DNA of 55,457 bases, the filler included, from Sluysia triapertura (lineage: Eukaryota), in assembly GCA_046118255.1 (NCBI GenBank). It is 3 parts of 3 records of this genome, joined end to end, with 100 filler letters (N's around TTAATTAATTAA, not from the genome) between each part and the next. Parts side by side here need not be neighbours in the genome. Positions count along the whole stretch, not along the records: positions 19,367 to 36,653 come from JBJNIA010189941.1; 2 more parts are not named here. One strand, given 5' to 3'. Below the pieces are notes generated by a model. That model did not search any database and was not told where the DNA came from. It saw only the letters and a list, made by a program, of their open reading frames with translations. Positions 20,545 to 33,977 of the stretch are shown here, one piece after another. The number at the start of each line of letters is the position of its first letter. Positions within the stretch are counted from its first letter, which is position 1. The position numbers were made by a program, and so were the translations under genes.

Positions 20545-21325
20545 AGTAATGCCATTATGAGGCATATATCTCTGGCTAATTGTGCAATGCATTCCACAAA
20601 GTTGAAACACCAACAATATTAATGGCCAGTAGAGAGGAAGATGGTTTGATCTTCATTTCTAAAGGGACAATAATCCGTTGTGGAAAAGAAATAACAGAAA
20701 CTAATTAAGGGATCTATTTATCTGAAATGACAATACAACAGGCTAAAAAGGCGTTGATGCGAAAAATGTAAAATTGTATACTTATTTTAACAATAAAATC
20801 GATTTTTACTACGACTTAGGTTTAATATCTTTAGATAAGATTTACCAAATTATGGTTACTCGCGATTTCCAATTGAATAAGGGAATTTTACGCACAACAT
20901 TGGCAGTAGCAATAACCAATCCAGATTTAATCGCACCATTACTAGCGCTAGAAGAAGGAGTTTTTGGTCGACTAATTGGAGAAGCGTTATATGCATATAA
21001 ATGTAAAAAGGTTGAAGTTCATTGGATATCAACTACCGAATGTACAAACGAATTACCTATATTCTACGCTAGAATAGAAACGTACTTAGAGCCAGAGTGA
21101 ATTTTCAAAATAATAAGGTTTAACCAAAATTAATGCATTGCTCCAATGCCATGGTTCCGGAATATAGAATAGATGATAATTTGTAGATATCACTACCACA
21201 AAGGAGCCAAGTTAAAACTCCAGAAATTATAAGACTGACATAATTAAAATGAAAATTAAAATTTTTAGCCACGAAAAATATTCCAAATTCCGGTATTTAT
21301 ACTAATGATGACATACAAGCGGCTT
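20545..21325 (+). pseudogene. Chuvirus-like (class III, gB-related) fusion glycoprotein relic, central ectodomain
   Basis: ..RCGKEITET..IYLSE../NVKLYTYFNNK..NPDLIAPLL..EGVFGRLIGEALYAYKCKKVEV..TECTNELPIF..YLEP*..C..P..NSGIYTNDDI. Follows the CG..T, Y.N.K, P..A..G....GE..Y...C..V.V..C..ELP..P, GIYT motif order of chuviral/retroelement glycoproteins. Contains stops and frameshifts. Confidence 0.8.
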
Positions 21326-22249
21326 GGCGGGAAATATAATATTTTATTGTATAGTGTTTGTAAATCATTTTTGTCTACTGATAATGCTTGTATATTATGA
21401 ATATCTTGTCATATCTAATCATATATTATATCATTATGTTATTTTATTAAATATTAAATGTTATTTAAAAAAATTAATTGATGCTCAAAGAAATCAATAT
21501 CTGTCAACAAATTATTTAACATATTATTTAACAAATTGTATGACATACGTTCAAGTATTTTAAAGGAATATTTTCATATGCAATTATTTTATAAAGCTAC
21601 TAATTCAGTTCATATAGCGTTTCTGTAATCTATTATTTATTTTTATTTTGATATAATTTCATGCCATGTTTATGGATATTTATTTACGGGTAGAGCTGTT
21701 TTATCATTCGGCATATCTTGTACATATTTGGCTATATTTTTACTCATTCCACATTTTAAAAAGCATGCCTATATTGGTATTATTTTAATATAATTTTAAA
21801 CATTATTTTTATTACTTCATCCTGTCTCAATTATTTGAATTCAATCATAAATGTTGATTTCGTTGTTATATTACACTTTATTTATGTTATTCCAATTAAA
21901 ATTATTATCAATCATAGTTATTGCACTCATTTTTATGTCATTTCTTTGCCATTTATTATCATATTGAAATTATAAACATTATGAACACCGATTTAAGTCA
22001 AATGTATTACTTGGATTCGAAAAATTACGTCATAGTAGTATTTTTCTCTATATTGTTACTTTTGACATTTTTTAATGAATTATATTTAAGATTTTTACAA
22101 TCATTACATTATAAAGGTGTTTTTATGCATTAATCCGAAATGCTAAAGGAAGAATAGAAATTAAAATAGCACAAGTTAAAATGTATTGGTTTAAAGCTAT
22201 TATACCCGTGTATAAAGCTTTTGTGTTTTTGTGTCTTTGTGTTCTATTT

Positions 22250-22830
22250 AATTACATTAATAAAATGTTAAATTTGTTAAATTGTTATTCTTTAAAGGCC
22301 TTAAGCCTAGTTTATTAATTCGTAAAGTTAATAGTTTTTTAATGGTTATAAAATTAAATTGTTCTCATTTAGCTAGAATTTTAAACTTATTAAATAAAAA
22401 AATTTAAATAAAATTTCATTCTTCTAATAATTTTTGTCAATTAAAAAATTAACTAAAAATAATTTTAATTTAATATCCACAAAACATAAAAAGCCTTCCC
22501 AACAATGGTTTAAACTAAACTAAAAAAATTTAGAAAATTCAATCATTTTGTCACATTAACATTGACATATCACTGATATTATTTTAATGTTTTGGAGAGG
22601 ACGTCTTCATTTTCAAATAGTTTAAAAAATAAATAAGGGAAATAAATAAAGGAAACTTTAACAATTAATTTAACAATAATCTGATATATTTGCTTGGAAA
22701 TTTTGACTACTCACTTAATGAAACTTTTATTTATTTTAAAAATTTCATAAATTTCAAAACAAAAACTTTAGGCTTAATGCCTTTAATGAATATCAAAATT
22801 TAACAATGAACAAGTTAACTAATCGAACAT
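22250..22830. mobile_element. Degenerate inverted-repeat element
   Basis: gttaaattgttattctttaaaggccttaagcctagtttt (~22278-22315) is matched in reverse complement by aaaactttaggcttaatgcctttaatgaatatcaaaatttaac (~22762-22804). Confidence 0.45.
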
Positions 22831-24249
22831 ATTATTAAAAGAAAGGAATAAAAATAAAAATATATAGTAACACACGTGATTAAACATTAAGGCTGAATAT
22901 CCTAGAAATACGTTATGTTAGAGTTTGATCCTCCCAAGTTACATCATAAAAACAAACTTTATATTGTATTTTTATAAACATTAATTGTAGATATTTATCC
23001 ATAATAGTCTTGAAATTTTTGGTCATTAAAATTTGTAAGCATTTCATAAATATACGTAACTTAAATATTACGAAATTTTTTATCGATTTAGGATTAATTT
23101 TTAATTATCATTTTTTATACCTTTTAATTTCAGGTATCGTGAATCAGTCACAGCAAATAAACATTTAAATTGCAGATTGTACCATGAAATAGAATTACAT
23201 CATACCAAATATATACAATATCAACAATCATTTAAATATCAAATAAATTAGATATTAACAAATCAAACTCGTATTTGAATGATAATATACACAGAGTCTA
23301 TACAACCTCATACTACACAAAATACAACGTACTGAAAAATCAACTACCGCACAATATTAAGTCACCAAAAATATGATATAATCAAAATAAATCCCATTCT
23401 AAGGTCTGAGTCCAAGACCACCAAAAACCATTGTATCCTTTACAACACAAAGACTCACGACTAATTCTATTGAAAAAAAACTATTAACATAAATCAGAAT
23501 AAAACTAAGACAGAAACTATAAATAGAATATAAAAATGCTCCCAATATATCATTTTAATTAAATGTTTTTAACATACATCTATTGAAGCACAACCAAGAC
23601 GTAAAAAATTAATTGCTTACCCATCAAAAAGGCATTATAATTTTAAATCGCGAACATTTGCACTACCCCTGCCACGGTCGTGTGTTCATACACATCGACC
23701 AAAAGGCACCCAATCAGATCCATGACGAGCTAAAGGAAAAGTCACGTCGCTAACAATTTGCCCATCACACGAAAAGGCAAAACAGAAATTCAAAACTTAG
23801 GAAATAATTTCAAATCAAAACGTTGAAAGGTGCTTTTTGACACATTTTTAAAATAAATAGATCAATAAATTCAAGTAACATTTAAATTTAATATAAATAT
23901 AATTAAAATAATTTAAGAGACTTTAATTATTAAAAGAAACCCTAATTTACAAGGTTAAATTTTGTTAAAAAATTGTTTAATTAAAGTAATTTAAAAGGAA
24001 ACGTTTTTAAAATTTAAAATTTTGTGTACAGATAAATATTATGTTAAGGTCACACACAAAAATATTGCGTGGATCGATACCTAGCACAAAAGAATTTTCT
24101 GTTCCAGATCACTCACACATTAAAAAATCAATTACAATATATATATTTCTTTTATGGAAAAAAGAAAATTATTTTAAAAAAGTAAAAATTTTTCTTCTCT
24201 ATAGGAAAAAGTAAGCCTTATTAAATTTTATACATTTTACTTTTTAGAG

Positions 24250-24328
24250 GCAATACAAAGCTGAAAATAGATGATAATAGAAGCAATACAAAGCTGAAAA
24301 TAGATGATAATAGAAGCAATACAAAGCT
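24250..24328 (+). repeat. 33-bp tandem repeat, 2.4 copies
   Basis: Unit gcaatacaaagctgaaaatagatgataatagaa, exact copies. Confidence 0.9.
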
Positions 24329-24329
24329 T

Positions 24330-24640
24330 ATCGATGTTTTAAGAGTACTTAAAGGTTACTAAGGTCTCAGATAATCTAACAGTTCACAAGTTCAAAAGTA
24401 CCTTAATACTTCAAAGAGTTTTCCAAGTCCATTTCAAACTTCCATAAAGGTCTTTGATAGATCTTTCATAAACTTTCATAGATCTTTGGAATGCCAAGAT
24501 ATTCTTTAGCTGTTAACATTATTATAAATGTTTAATTTATATGATTCTTATTCCAACGCTGCTTATAATGTCCAATACATCACTTAGTATCAGTTCTTTC
24601 TTAATTTTGTAGTTCTATATGTTTCTCAGTTGGGCACTCC
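24330..24640 (-). repeat. Family A fragment, inverted
   Basis: Reverse complement matches about 11775-12050. Confidence 0.7.
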
Positions 24641-24999
24641 CAACAATATCTTCTATTTTACGATCGATACAATTATTTGCACAATTGGTAAGGACTTATT
24701 TCGAAAAAAGAATAAGAAAAGTGTTCTCAAATGTGATGTTGAGGCGAATTAGAAAGGCGATATTACGATAGTTTATGAGTTGATGTCTTTATTTTTAAGT
24801 TTTGTAGTTTGTGTGATATGAGTTGAGGTGGTGAAATATCGGGAATATTAATGAGTGGATTTTATGTAAATATGTGATTGTACGTGGCAATAAAAGTACA
24901 GTATACGAGTGGGACCCCACATTAATATTTACTGTTATAGAATTAAAGTTATTGTTTTTATTAGCATTTATTCCAGCTGCTTGCGAATTTCAAATTATT

Positions 25000-26379
25000 G
25001 CTGTTATTAGTATTAGTAGTGCGTAATTCTTCCTCATCTGGTCTTGGATGACAATTCCTAGATTCACATAACGTATTCCAAATCCTAATACTAAACGAAT
25101 TTTCACTTTGTAAGAGACAATAATACCAAGATGTTCTTTGTTTGTTTCTGATGTTAAAGTAGATGACGCTAAATTAATATCTTCGCGTTTCAATTTACCA
25201 TCCAACGCTTATCCACGTTCATCACGATTGTTACTGAGTAACGGACACACTTTATATAGTTCACACCAACCAATTTGATTGGGATAATTAAGAAATCCAT
25301 CTTCAAAATCAATTTCTTCTACAAAACATTTATAACTTGTTGTACTATACAAACATGTATCAGCAAGTTGACGAATCATAGTCAGTTTCATACTCGAAAC
25401 ATGAATACATAGCACGATTGAATAGGATAATGTTGGCAAGTTGAATTGTAGCAATTTTAATCTTTTTAATACTCTTACTAGGGTTGTTATCGACAAGAAC
25501 ATTAACAAATATTGATTCACCATATTTCTCTTTGACAAGAGTTGCTTCCATCCTTGCAAATCCAGAACTCATCATAAATTCTTTTTGCACTTCTGACAAT
25601 TTTACACAACTTCTTTTGAGTCTTCTCATCAGGATTATCTGCTACATAAGCTTTCAATTCGTAATCAAATCCTCACGACTTTCCATTATCATTCGGAACA
25701 GGATATGTTACCGATGCAGGATTGTTATGTGGTAACTCAAAATGTTAAGCATTATGACCTAATTTATTAATAAGTCATTATCGCAAGTTAGTAATTTATG
25801 AGTTTGTTTATTGACAGCTGTACTATTATTGTTAGAATTGTTACCATTATCAATATTGTGATCTTTATTACTATTTAATTAATGTAGTGTTTGTTATTTT
25901 ATCTATGATTTTCGTTTTATCATTATTATTTTGCCAATTCATGTAATGTATAAGGACTTTTGTGTTTTTAGAAAGATAAATGTTTTAATAGTTTATAACT
26001 TTAATAATGCTTATCATAAATTAATGTTTCATAATCAAATTAATAAAGTACCAAAGACAAAAACATTAAAGACAGTCGTTAACATAATTGTTGGTAATGG
26101 AATGAACTGAACTTTGTTGGTTGTTTGATTTTTCTGTATTAACATTAGATGTCCATGAAGACGAAGAAACTTGTGTGTATTCAATATTGTTGCATTAGTT
26201 CCTTCTCCCGGTGCCGCGTATAGATAGACTTGTTGAGTAGCCAAATATAAATCTTTCCGGAATATTAATCCTAAAATGGCTAGGTCTTCTCGACCACACC
26301 GAAATGCACCTAAAACATGTACAAATACTTTTCTATCTTTGACGTATTCCGGATCTGATAGTATAACTCCATCAGCGAC
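25000..26379 (-). pseudogene. Beta-arrestin-like pseudogene, apparently intronless
   Basis: [35 protein letters not shown]; LINKLGHNA*HFELPHNNPASVT..GKS*GFDYELKAY; KEFMMS..VNVLVDNNPSKSIKKIK; [46 protein letters not shown]; HPRP. In-frame stops replace conserved Cys and Leu; several deletions and frameshifts. Confidence 0.9.
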
Positions 26380-26580
26380 AATTATCACCAAAATGACCAC
26401 ACAGACGCTAATCAAATTATTGATTATTAAACTTTTTTTCGTCCAAAATAATCACTTATAATATCAGATAAAAAGGCACTTATTCCAATTATAGCAAATG
26501 CTGCCATTACACTAGTGTAGAGATATGGCTTTCATTTCGTTTGTCTTTGTGATATTTGCATTAATGTCGCAATATGCTTT
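26380..26580 (-). pseudogene. GLUT/SLC2 (MFS sugar porter) fragment, TM2-TM3 region, fused to the arrestin relic
   Basis: [45 protein letters not shown]: MFS motif A (D..GRK) followed by the GLUT-type L..NN.L; 1-nt frameshift in an A7 run. Confidence 0.7.
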
Positions 26581-27314
26581 ATGCAAGCATGTAACTTTTA
26601 ATAGCTTATTACTTCTAAGAGATGAAAGTGATAGAAGTAGTAATAAAACTATAAGAACTAGGATAATAATAGTGATAAGATGTGAGAAACAATAAACGTG
26701 TACAAAATAAACACATAAAAAACAAATAGGAAGAGAGTGAACGGAGAAAACATTGTGACAGCAATAAAAGTTATAATGATAAAGTTATAGGTAACAAAAT
26801 AGGAGTATTATAACAAATTAATATAATTATGTTGATAATTATTATTATTGCGATAATGTAAATGAAAATAATTAATATCATGATAGAAATTATTTTAACA
26901 ATAACCATAATTTTACGATAATTATAAATGATTGCGTTTATGTTTTGAATGATTCGAGTAGCTTGTTTATAATTTTATTTATGTATGCAGCGTTGATTTT
27001 TGATGAATTGTGTTCGTGACTGTGCTGTATAGATGTGGAGTTCACTACAAATGTACTAGTTTTTTTCAAAATAATAAAAAATTATTTGATGCAGAGAAGT
27101 AGTCACAATCAACAATTACATGAAAAACAATTTCTATCCACAATTTGTTATTGTAAAATATTATTAAATTTATTTTGCGTGAACTGTCGCTTTTGATTTC
27201 TAATTTTTTAATATCTAGTTTAGACTAAAAGTTAGATGTTCAAATAACTACAGACCTAGTCACTATTATTACTAATAATAAGAATAATATCACAATTTAT
27301 GTAAAACGTACCGG

Positions 27315-27316
<2 letters not shown>

Positions 27317-27352
<36 letters not shown>
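27317..27352 (+). repeat. (AAT)n microsatellite
   Basis: Directly visible. Confidence 0.9.
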
Positions 27353-27354
<2 letters not shown>

Positions 27355-30300
27355 CTTAGTCTCGTAGTATTTTGATTTTGATAAATACAAATAACTGGTT
27401 ATAGTTTTCTTTATTGATAAGTATTATGACGCTTCCTAGGCCTACAAGGTGGAATGACCGACGTACAGATTATCTATTTTATCTATTTATCTATTTTTAT
27501 TTTCTTTAATTCACTCAGGTTTCAATTAATTATCATATTTACTTCAAATTTTTATTGCTTAGCATTGCCGTTTCGTCCTACCTTGCTTTATATATAACTT
27601 TAACTTTAGAATCAGTTAGTTTTACATTTAGTTTTACTCTTTCGTTTAAACTTCTTTTACATCTAAATTTGCTTTTATTTTTATAATCAAGTTTACCTTT
27701 ATCTTTAATCTCACATTTATATCCAAAGTGAAAAACGAAAAACACTTGATTCCGGCACCATTAATAAAAATAAAGACAACACTTGATTTAGTAAAAAGTA
27801 AAATTTAGCACCGAAATAATAACAATACCAGTGCACTACCTTGATCCATTGGAAGCTCATCATCCAATAATACCATGAAATAAGAAGTAACTTTAAATCA
27901 GGATTCATTGATTCACCACTATGAAATTTATAATTATTAAAATTTTTAAAATAATACTGACACTTATGCAAGTTATTTTGAAAAATTGAGAACAATGTTG
28001 AGCATTACTAATTATTTTTTTTAATTGATGAACACGACTGATTTGGTTTTCTTTATCATAATTAATTATTACAAAATTGAAGAGTTCGCCGATATCACGA
28101 GACTTATTACTAAGGGCTCGTTCATAGGATTTAAAACACAAATAAATTATTGTTGTTCAGGGATTTTCTTCTAATGCGACAACATTCTGGAAATGATTTA
28201 CAAGTTTCTTAAATTAATTTTCTAACTATTCTTAACTATAAGTATCTACTCAAAAAACTAGATATCCGATTAAAGAAAAACAACACTATCTTAAAAAACC
28301 CAAATTTTTATTACTTATAACAAAATTACAATATTATACGATGGCTATACAGTAATAAGAACAATTATATTAAATCAATTTTATCAAACTAATGATTATA
28401 ACAGCATATTGCGTCAAATCAAATTGGTAATGTATGTCTTTATAAAAAATAATATCAAAAGGCAAAACAAAATTATACAATCAATAAGGAGCGCTGGGAA
28501 TTTATGAATCTTAAAATAATTATCGAAAATTTAAAAAATTTTAAATATTTTTTAACAATTATTGTTTTAAAGTTATGTATTAGGCACTAAAAGCACTAAA
28601 CTTATTAATAATTCTCAAAAACTTTGCGATTCAACAAATATACTAATAAAAATGTGTATCTAAATTGCTTTAATAAATTACCGAACTATTAAACTATAAA
28701 TGATCAAAGTCACAAATATTCTAAAGTTATACAAAGTTTATTATTGTATTTTGTTCTTATTTGAAGCTTTATTTGTACACATACGTCATGGTCTATGATT
28801 TAAACAATTTAAATTATTTATTTTCTTCACTTTAATTTATAATTATTTTAAAATTTATTTTATTCTAATTTAAATTGTTTAATTTAAACTTCTACAGATT
28901 TAAAACTTATGTAACTTTAATTATTAAAATTTAATAATTACATAAATCATTCGCAATTTTTGTAATTGAACTCAAATATTGTTCGAGATACGTACATACT
29001 GTTCGAGACAGTTTTCTATATTGATTAATTGGAAAAATTTTGATCATGCTTTGTAATCCTGAATTGTTCGCGTTTTATGTTCCTGAATTTAATTAATCAC
29101 AGCGATCCTACTGTACTATCCACATTACTTGCATTTGGTATTCGAGAAAGAATCATTTTCCCAGATCAGTTTTTTTTGCTAATTTTGTAAATTTATAATT
29201 GTAAGTTTTTGTCTCTGTTAAGAGACATTATATCTACTTAAACTCGTGATAAATACATCTCTAGTTTCGCTGGAGACAATTCATTTATTAAAATTAAATA
29301 AATCATTTAGAATATTGTTTTCTAATTATATAGACTTTGAATTAGTTATTTTGTTTAATAAACTTTTGGAGACTTTGTCATGCTATATTGATATAATTAA
29401 AGATAAAAGAAATAGAGAATAATAAAGAAAGAAATTAATCTGTAAATTTAAGTTAAAAAGATAACAAAACTAATATAAAAGAAATCCAAGAGACGAAGGA
29501 AAAGAAAATACGAAATTTATCTCTGAAATTAAATTGGAGAAGTTTGTCTACAGTTTAGTAATCTATTAAAGAAAAAGTATTGCAGTACCCTAAATAAAAT
29601 CTTTTAAGAATTATTATAAAGAATTTCATAAAGCCAACTTTCCATCATTGATAAAGTTATTATATAAATAAAGATTAAAAAACATTAATAGAATTATTGT
29701 ATTATTTAAAATAATTAAGACCAATCGTTAAGAAACAATAAGGTGTAATAACTCCGTTAAGCAACATAAGGTATATTACGTTATTAAAATAATATACGAA
29801 TTGATAAAGAAAAATTTATAGACCCTCTTTAAAATTAATAATTAACGACGCGCTAAGCTTAAACCGTTAACATAATATATTATTTGCACAATAGTTTAAA
29901 ACACTAGCAGTATACTATTTCATATTCAAAATCACAAAATCAACGATGCAAGTGATAAATTATGAACCGCTTGTTTTTAATTAAAATTATAATTTTATAT
30001 AAATATCATTCAATGAACTAATAAAAGTAACCAATCAATTTAATCAACTAAAATTAATTAATAAAGTGTACTTTTAAATAAATTAATTGCGCTGTCCTTG
30101 CGCGTTTTTTTAAATAAAAAATGAAAAGTATTCTAAAGTCAGAATTAAAAATATCATACCAATAAAGATAAGACACAGAAAAATTATCTATGCATTCGAT
30201 GGTGTTACACTTTTTATTTTAGATAATTTTATTGATTCATGATTCGAATTTATTATCATCGAAAATTTTATACTAATCAAATTTATTACCAATTTAGCTT

Positions 30301-31442
30301 TGTGACACATTCCAATGTTACAGAACGTACCTGGATCCTACATACACATGGTGGCTTACGCGACTTGCAGAGTATGTTACGCACGAGGTCCTTTTCCAGC
30401 TGGACCATCATTTCGTGAATATCCAGAATACCGTGCTCGAAAGGCGTTTTCTCTTTGCCTTGACAATCGAGCTTTCCTGCTCCTGATACCAGTTCTTTTT
30501 CTCTATCGTTATCCGACCTTTCTTCTGTGTTTGCTTGACCTGTCTATGTGCGTACGATGATTTTATTTATTTTGTAATTATTTTTTATGCTTTGTACTTC
30601 CTTGTTTCATCCTCTTCTCTTTACATCTGTGGTACTAACCCTCTTCATTCTTTTTGTGGCCCCTTTGGTAGTGGTCCTGGCCCTACCGACGATGAAGATG
30701 ATAGAGCTCTTCTTCACTTCCATCCGCAGCCGTAACACTTGTCTCATTTCCTCCACGTAACACCCCTTCATTGACAGTCCCCGTTACTTTAAGAGGTCCA
30801 TTATTGGTCTTAACCCACATTGCTCCTTCTGCGCCAAAAACCATTTCTTCCTTCTGGTTATATTACTGAAGGTATCTTCACGCCAAAAATAATAAGTGCA
30901 CAATTTCCAGGGGTAAACTTCTCTCTTCCCGCATTTATGAGCTCCTCAATCACCCAGTCCTTTCCGCTTTTTGGAGGACTTAAATTTATTTATAATTTTA
31001 TCAAGTTTTAAATATAAATTACACTTTAAATTATTTGAAACGATTAAAATTTTAAATATAAACAAATTAAGAAACAAATGAGGCTTAATGCATTTAAAAA
31101 CAATACACAATTTTAAAACCAACAAATTAACAAAATTTTTATTATGAAACAAGTGTAATATTATTAGAATAAAAAGCATACATAACAGTCTCTATTGATT
31201 CAGCAATCAGACCACTTGATAATAGTTCCATTGGTAAGAATTTTTTGTATTCATAATTGCAAATTTGTTGAATAATACCATAAAAATCATAATTAACATG
31301 AATTCTTGTATAATCATTTTAACATAATTTTAAATATTGCATTTTTTTAAATCTTTGTAACTGCCAATTAAGTATTAATATTTTGTATTTATTTAATTTT
31401 TATAATTTCAGATACCATGGAGAACTGACAACAGCAGTATCA

Positions 31443-31445
31443 GTG

Positions 31446-31481
<36 letters not shown>
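31443..31481 (+). repeat. (AGT)n microsatellite
   Basis: Directly visible. Confidence 0.9.
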
Positions 31482-33977
31482 TTAAATTGTGTTATCATTC
31501 TACATGAATAAAATTTCTGTAAGTTTTTGGACCTCAGTATTTTTATCCATTATTTTACTTTCACCATAATTTTTGGAGAACGTAGTTACGACTCTTGAAT
31601 TTATGCAATTTTGATTAATAGTTTCATAGTAACTTTGAAAAATGTTGAATTTTATCACAACAATGTTCTTTAGTCAAATAATTCGATCATAATTACACGT
31701 ACATACTTCGAGACCGATTCAATTCAAAATGTTTAACACAAATATTACTAATATACGATGGATGATCTAATAAAAATAGTAGTATCAGACTTGGTTCGCG
31801 TTGATTTAACAAATGAGTATTGATAAATTCGATTTAACAAAACTTTAATTATAACTTTATCGACTGTGAAGTTTACTTATGATTTTGTAATTTTCTAGCT
31901 TTTAGGAGATTCAATAAAATCATGCATCGATTTTTTACGTGAATAGTAATAAATACACGATAATAAATAAAGCGATAAAATGTAAAAAGAGTGAAGAATA
32001 AACATACATACAAAAGTGCAAACTCATATTTATATTTATATATACACAAGAATGAGAAAAAAATGAAGTTTATAAAATGAAGTTTAAATTGAATTGTTAC
32101 TTGGTTTAATGTAATAATGTTGATGGAGTTACGATGATATGAGATTACCATTGTGATAGAATAAACATAACATAAACATAAACTAATGATAATTATATAC
32201 AGTGACTATGTTTATGTTTTGAATGACTTGAGTAATTTATTTAGTGTATTGTTTATGTAAGAAAAGTTCATATGTGATAAAGTGTGTTTGTAATTTTGAT
32301 ACACGCCTTACCTCCATTAACACAACTGCCATTCGACACTTTCTCCGCCCTAACCAACATCTTGGGTCTTCGAGGCTCAAATATTCTGCACTCCCTTAAA
32401 ACCAAACCGTTAACCAGCGTCCACTGAATCCTAAATAGATTTCGCAATGTTGCTCTTCCACCCAACGGCGTCACAAAGGTCATCCTCGTCCTCCTAATGG
32501 AGCATCCCGAACTAATTCAATTTTATCTAAACCATCAAAACCCTTTAACCTTCTTGTAAGCGTCCCCAATGACCTCCAGAAAAAACCTATTTCTCAACCT
32601 CCTCAACCTTCCTTTCTTACATAAGGTTTCCACCACGGAACTTTATCCTGTGGCAAGTCGATAACGTCCATTTCTGCCAACAATTGAATGAGAACCCTCC
32701 TCATATTTCAGTAAACATCTCTGGTGTTGTGTGACAGATAGTTGAGCTTGAATTTCCAATGTAGAATAATAGAACCAAAGAGAAAAAACACATTCAGACA
32801 TAAACAGTCTTTTTTAATTAAATTCACATTCATACAGCCAACTAATATGAGGAAAAAGCATAAGAAAATTAAAATATAATATAATACAATACAATACTTC
32901 AGATACATATAAGCTAAGCTTCAATATACTGTGTATCATAAATAAGAGAATTATTTGGATAGTGTGAAACTTTATTTTAAAATATTAAATAATGTTAAAT
33001 GACATTTGCGGATTACTGTGCAACGCATAATGCTAACATTTACTTTGATAAATATGTAAAAAATATCCTGATTATTATGTAAAAGCGAACTTTGTTATGA
33101 GAGTAATATTAATAAAATGATAAATAATACATTATATTAATAATCATAATTAATAATTATAATTACAATAATAATAATAAAACGGCGGAAATAATTTTAA
33201 GTCATCAAAGTCCAAATTAGAACTAGTATAAATAGTAAGCGTTATTATCTTACACGCACAAAGTTTTAGAATCTTATGAATCTTATTATTGGAAATTTTA
33301 CTTGACTTATATTCGGAGTTGAACAATATTCGGACATGTATTTGGATTTTCACAAATTGTCGCAAAATTTTAATAATCACGTTAGAATTTAAAATTAAGT
33401 TTTTCGAATCCTTAAGCAATATTATATTCGGACTTAAATTAATTTTTCTAATTAACCATTTTAAGAAGGTTAATAAATGTCTAAACTAAAATTACTGTCA
33501 AACTATTAACTACTTTGTGGTGGCCAACCTTTACAACTATTAAAATTTTACTAAAAACTGATATTTTTTTCTTTTTTTTCATCACACTCTAACACTCATA
33601 CATTCAATAGTTTGCGTTTTATCTTGTAATTAATAATTTTTGTAATTCATTGTTTAAATCCGATTACCGAGATCAATCATTGAATTCTAAATCAGAAATG
33701 CAATTTACGATTTATCCATATTCAACAAATAATAAATTACTAACTTGTACCCATTATTCATTTCAAGGAAATTATTGTGATCACTTTTATGAAGAACCGC
33801 CTTTGTCAAGAAAATTAGAACCTAAATTTTCTCATATTAGGAGAATGATGATCCTTAAAACAATTGATGGGTTTATCGTTGAGTGTATATTAATGAATAA
33901 ACATCGACGACAATCGAGAATTATTGTTAATTCGTCGAAATATTATTTCAAGATTATACCAAACTCTATGGTATAAA

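Noticed and set aside
24960-25010. SQAAGINA resembling the GLUT QQLSGINA motif
   Set aside because: Short match directly after the arrestin HPRP tail, with no flanking transporter similarity; likely chance.
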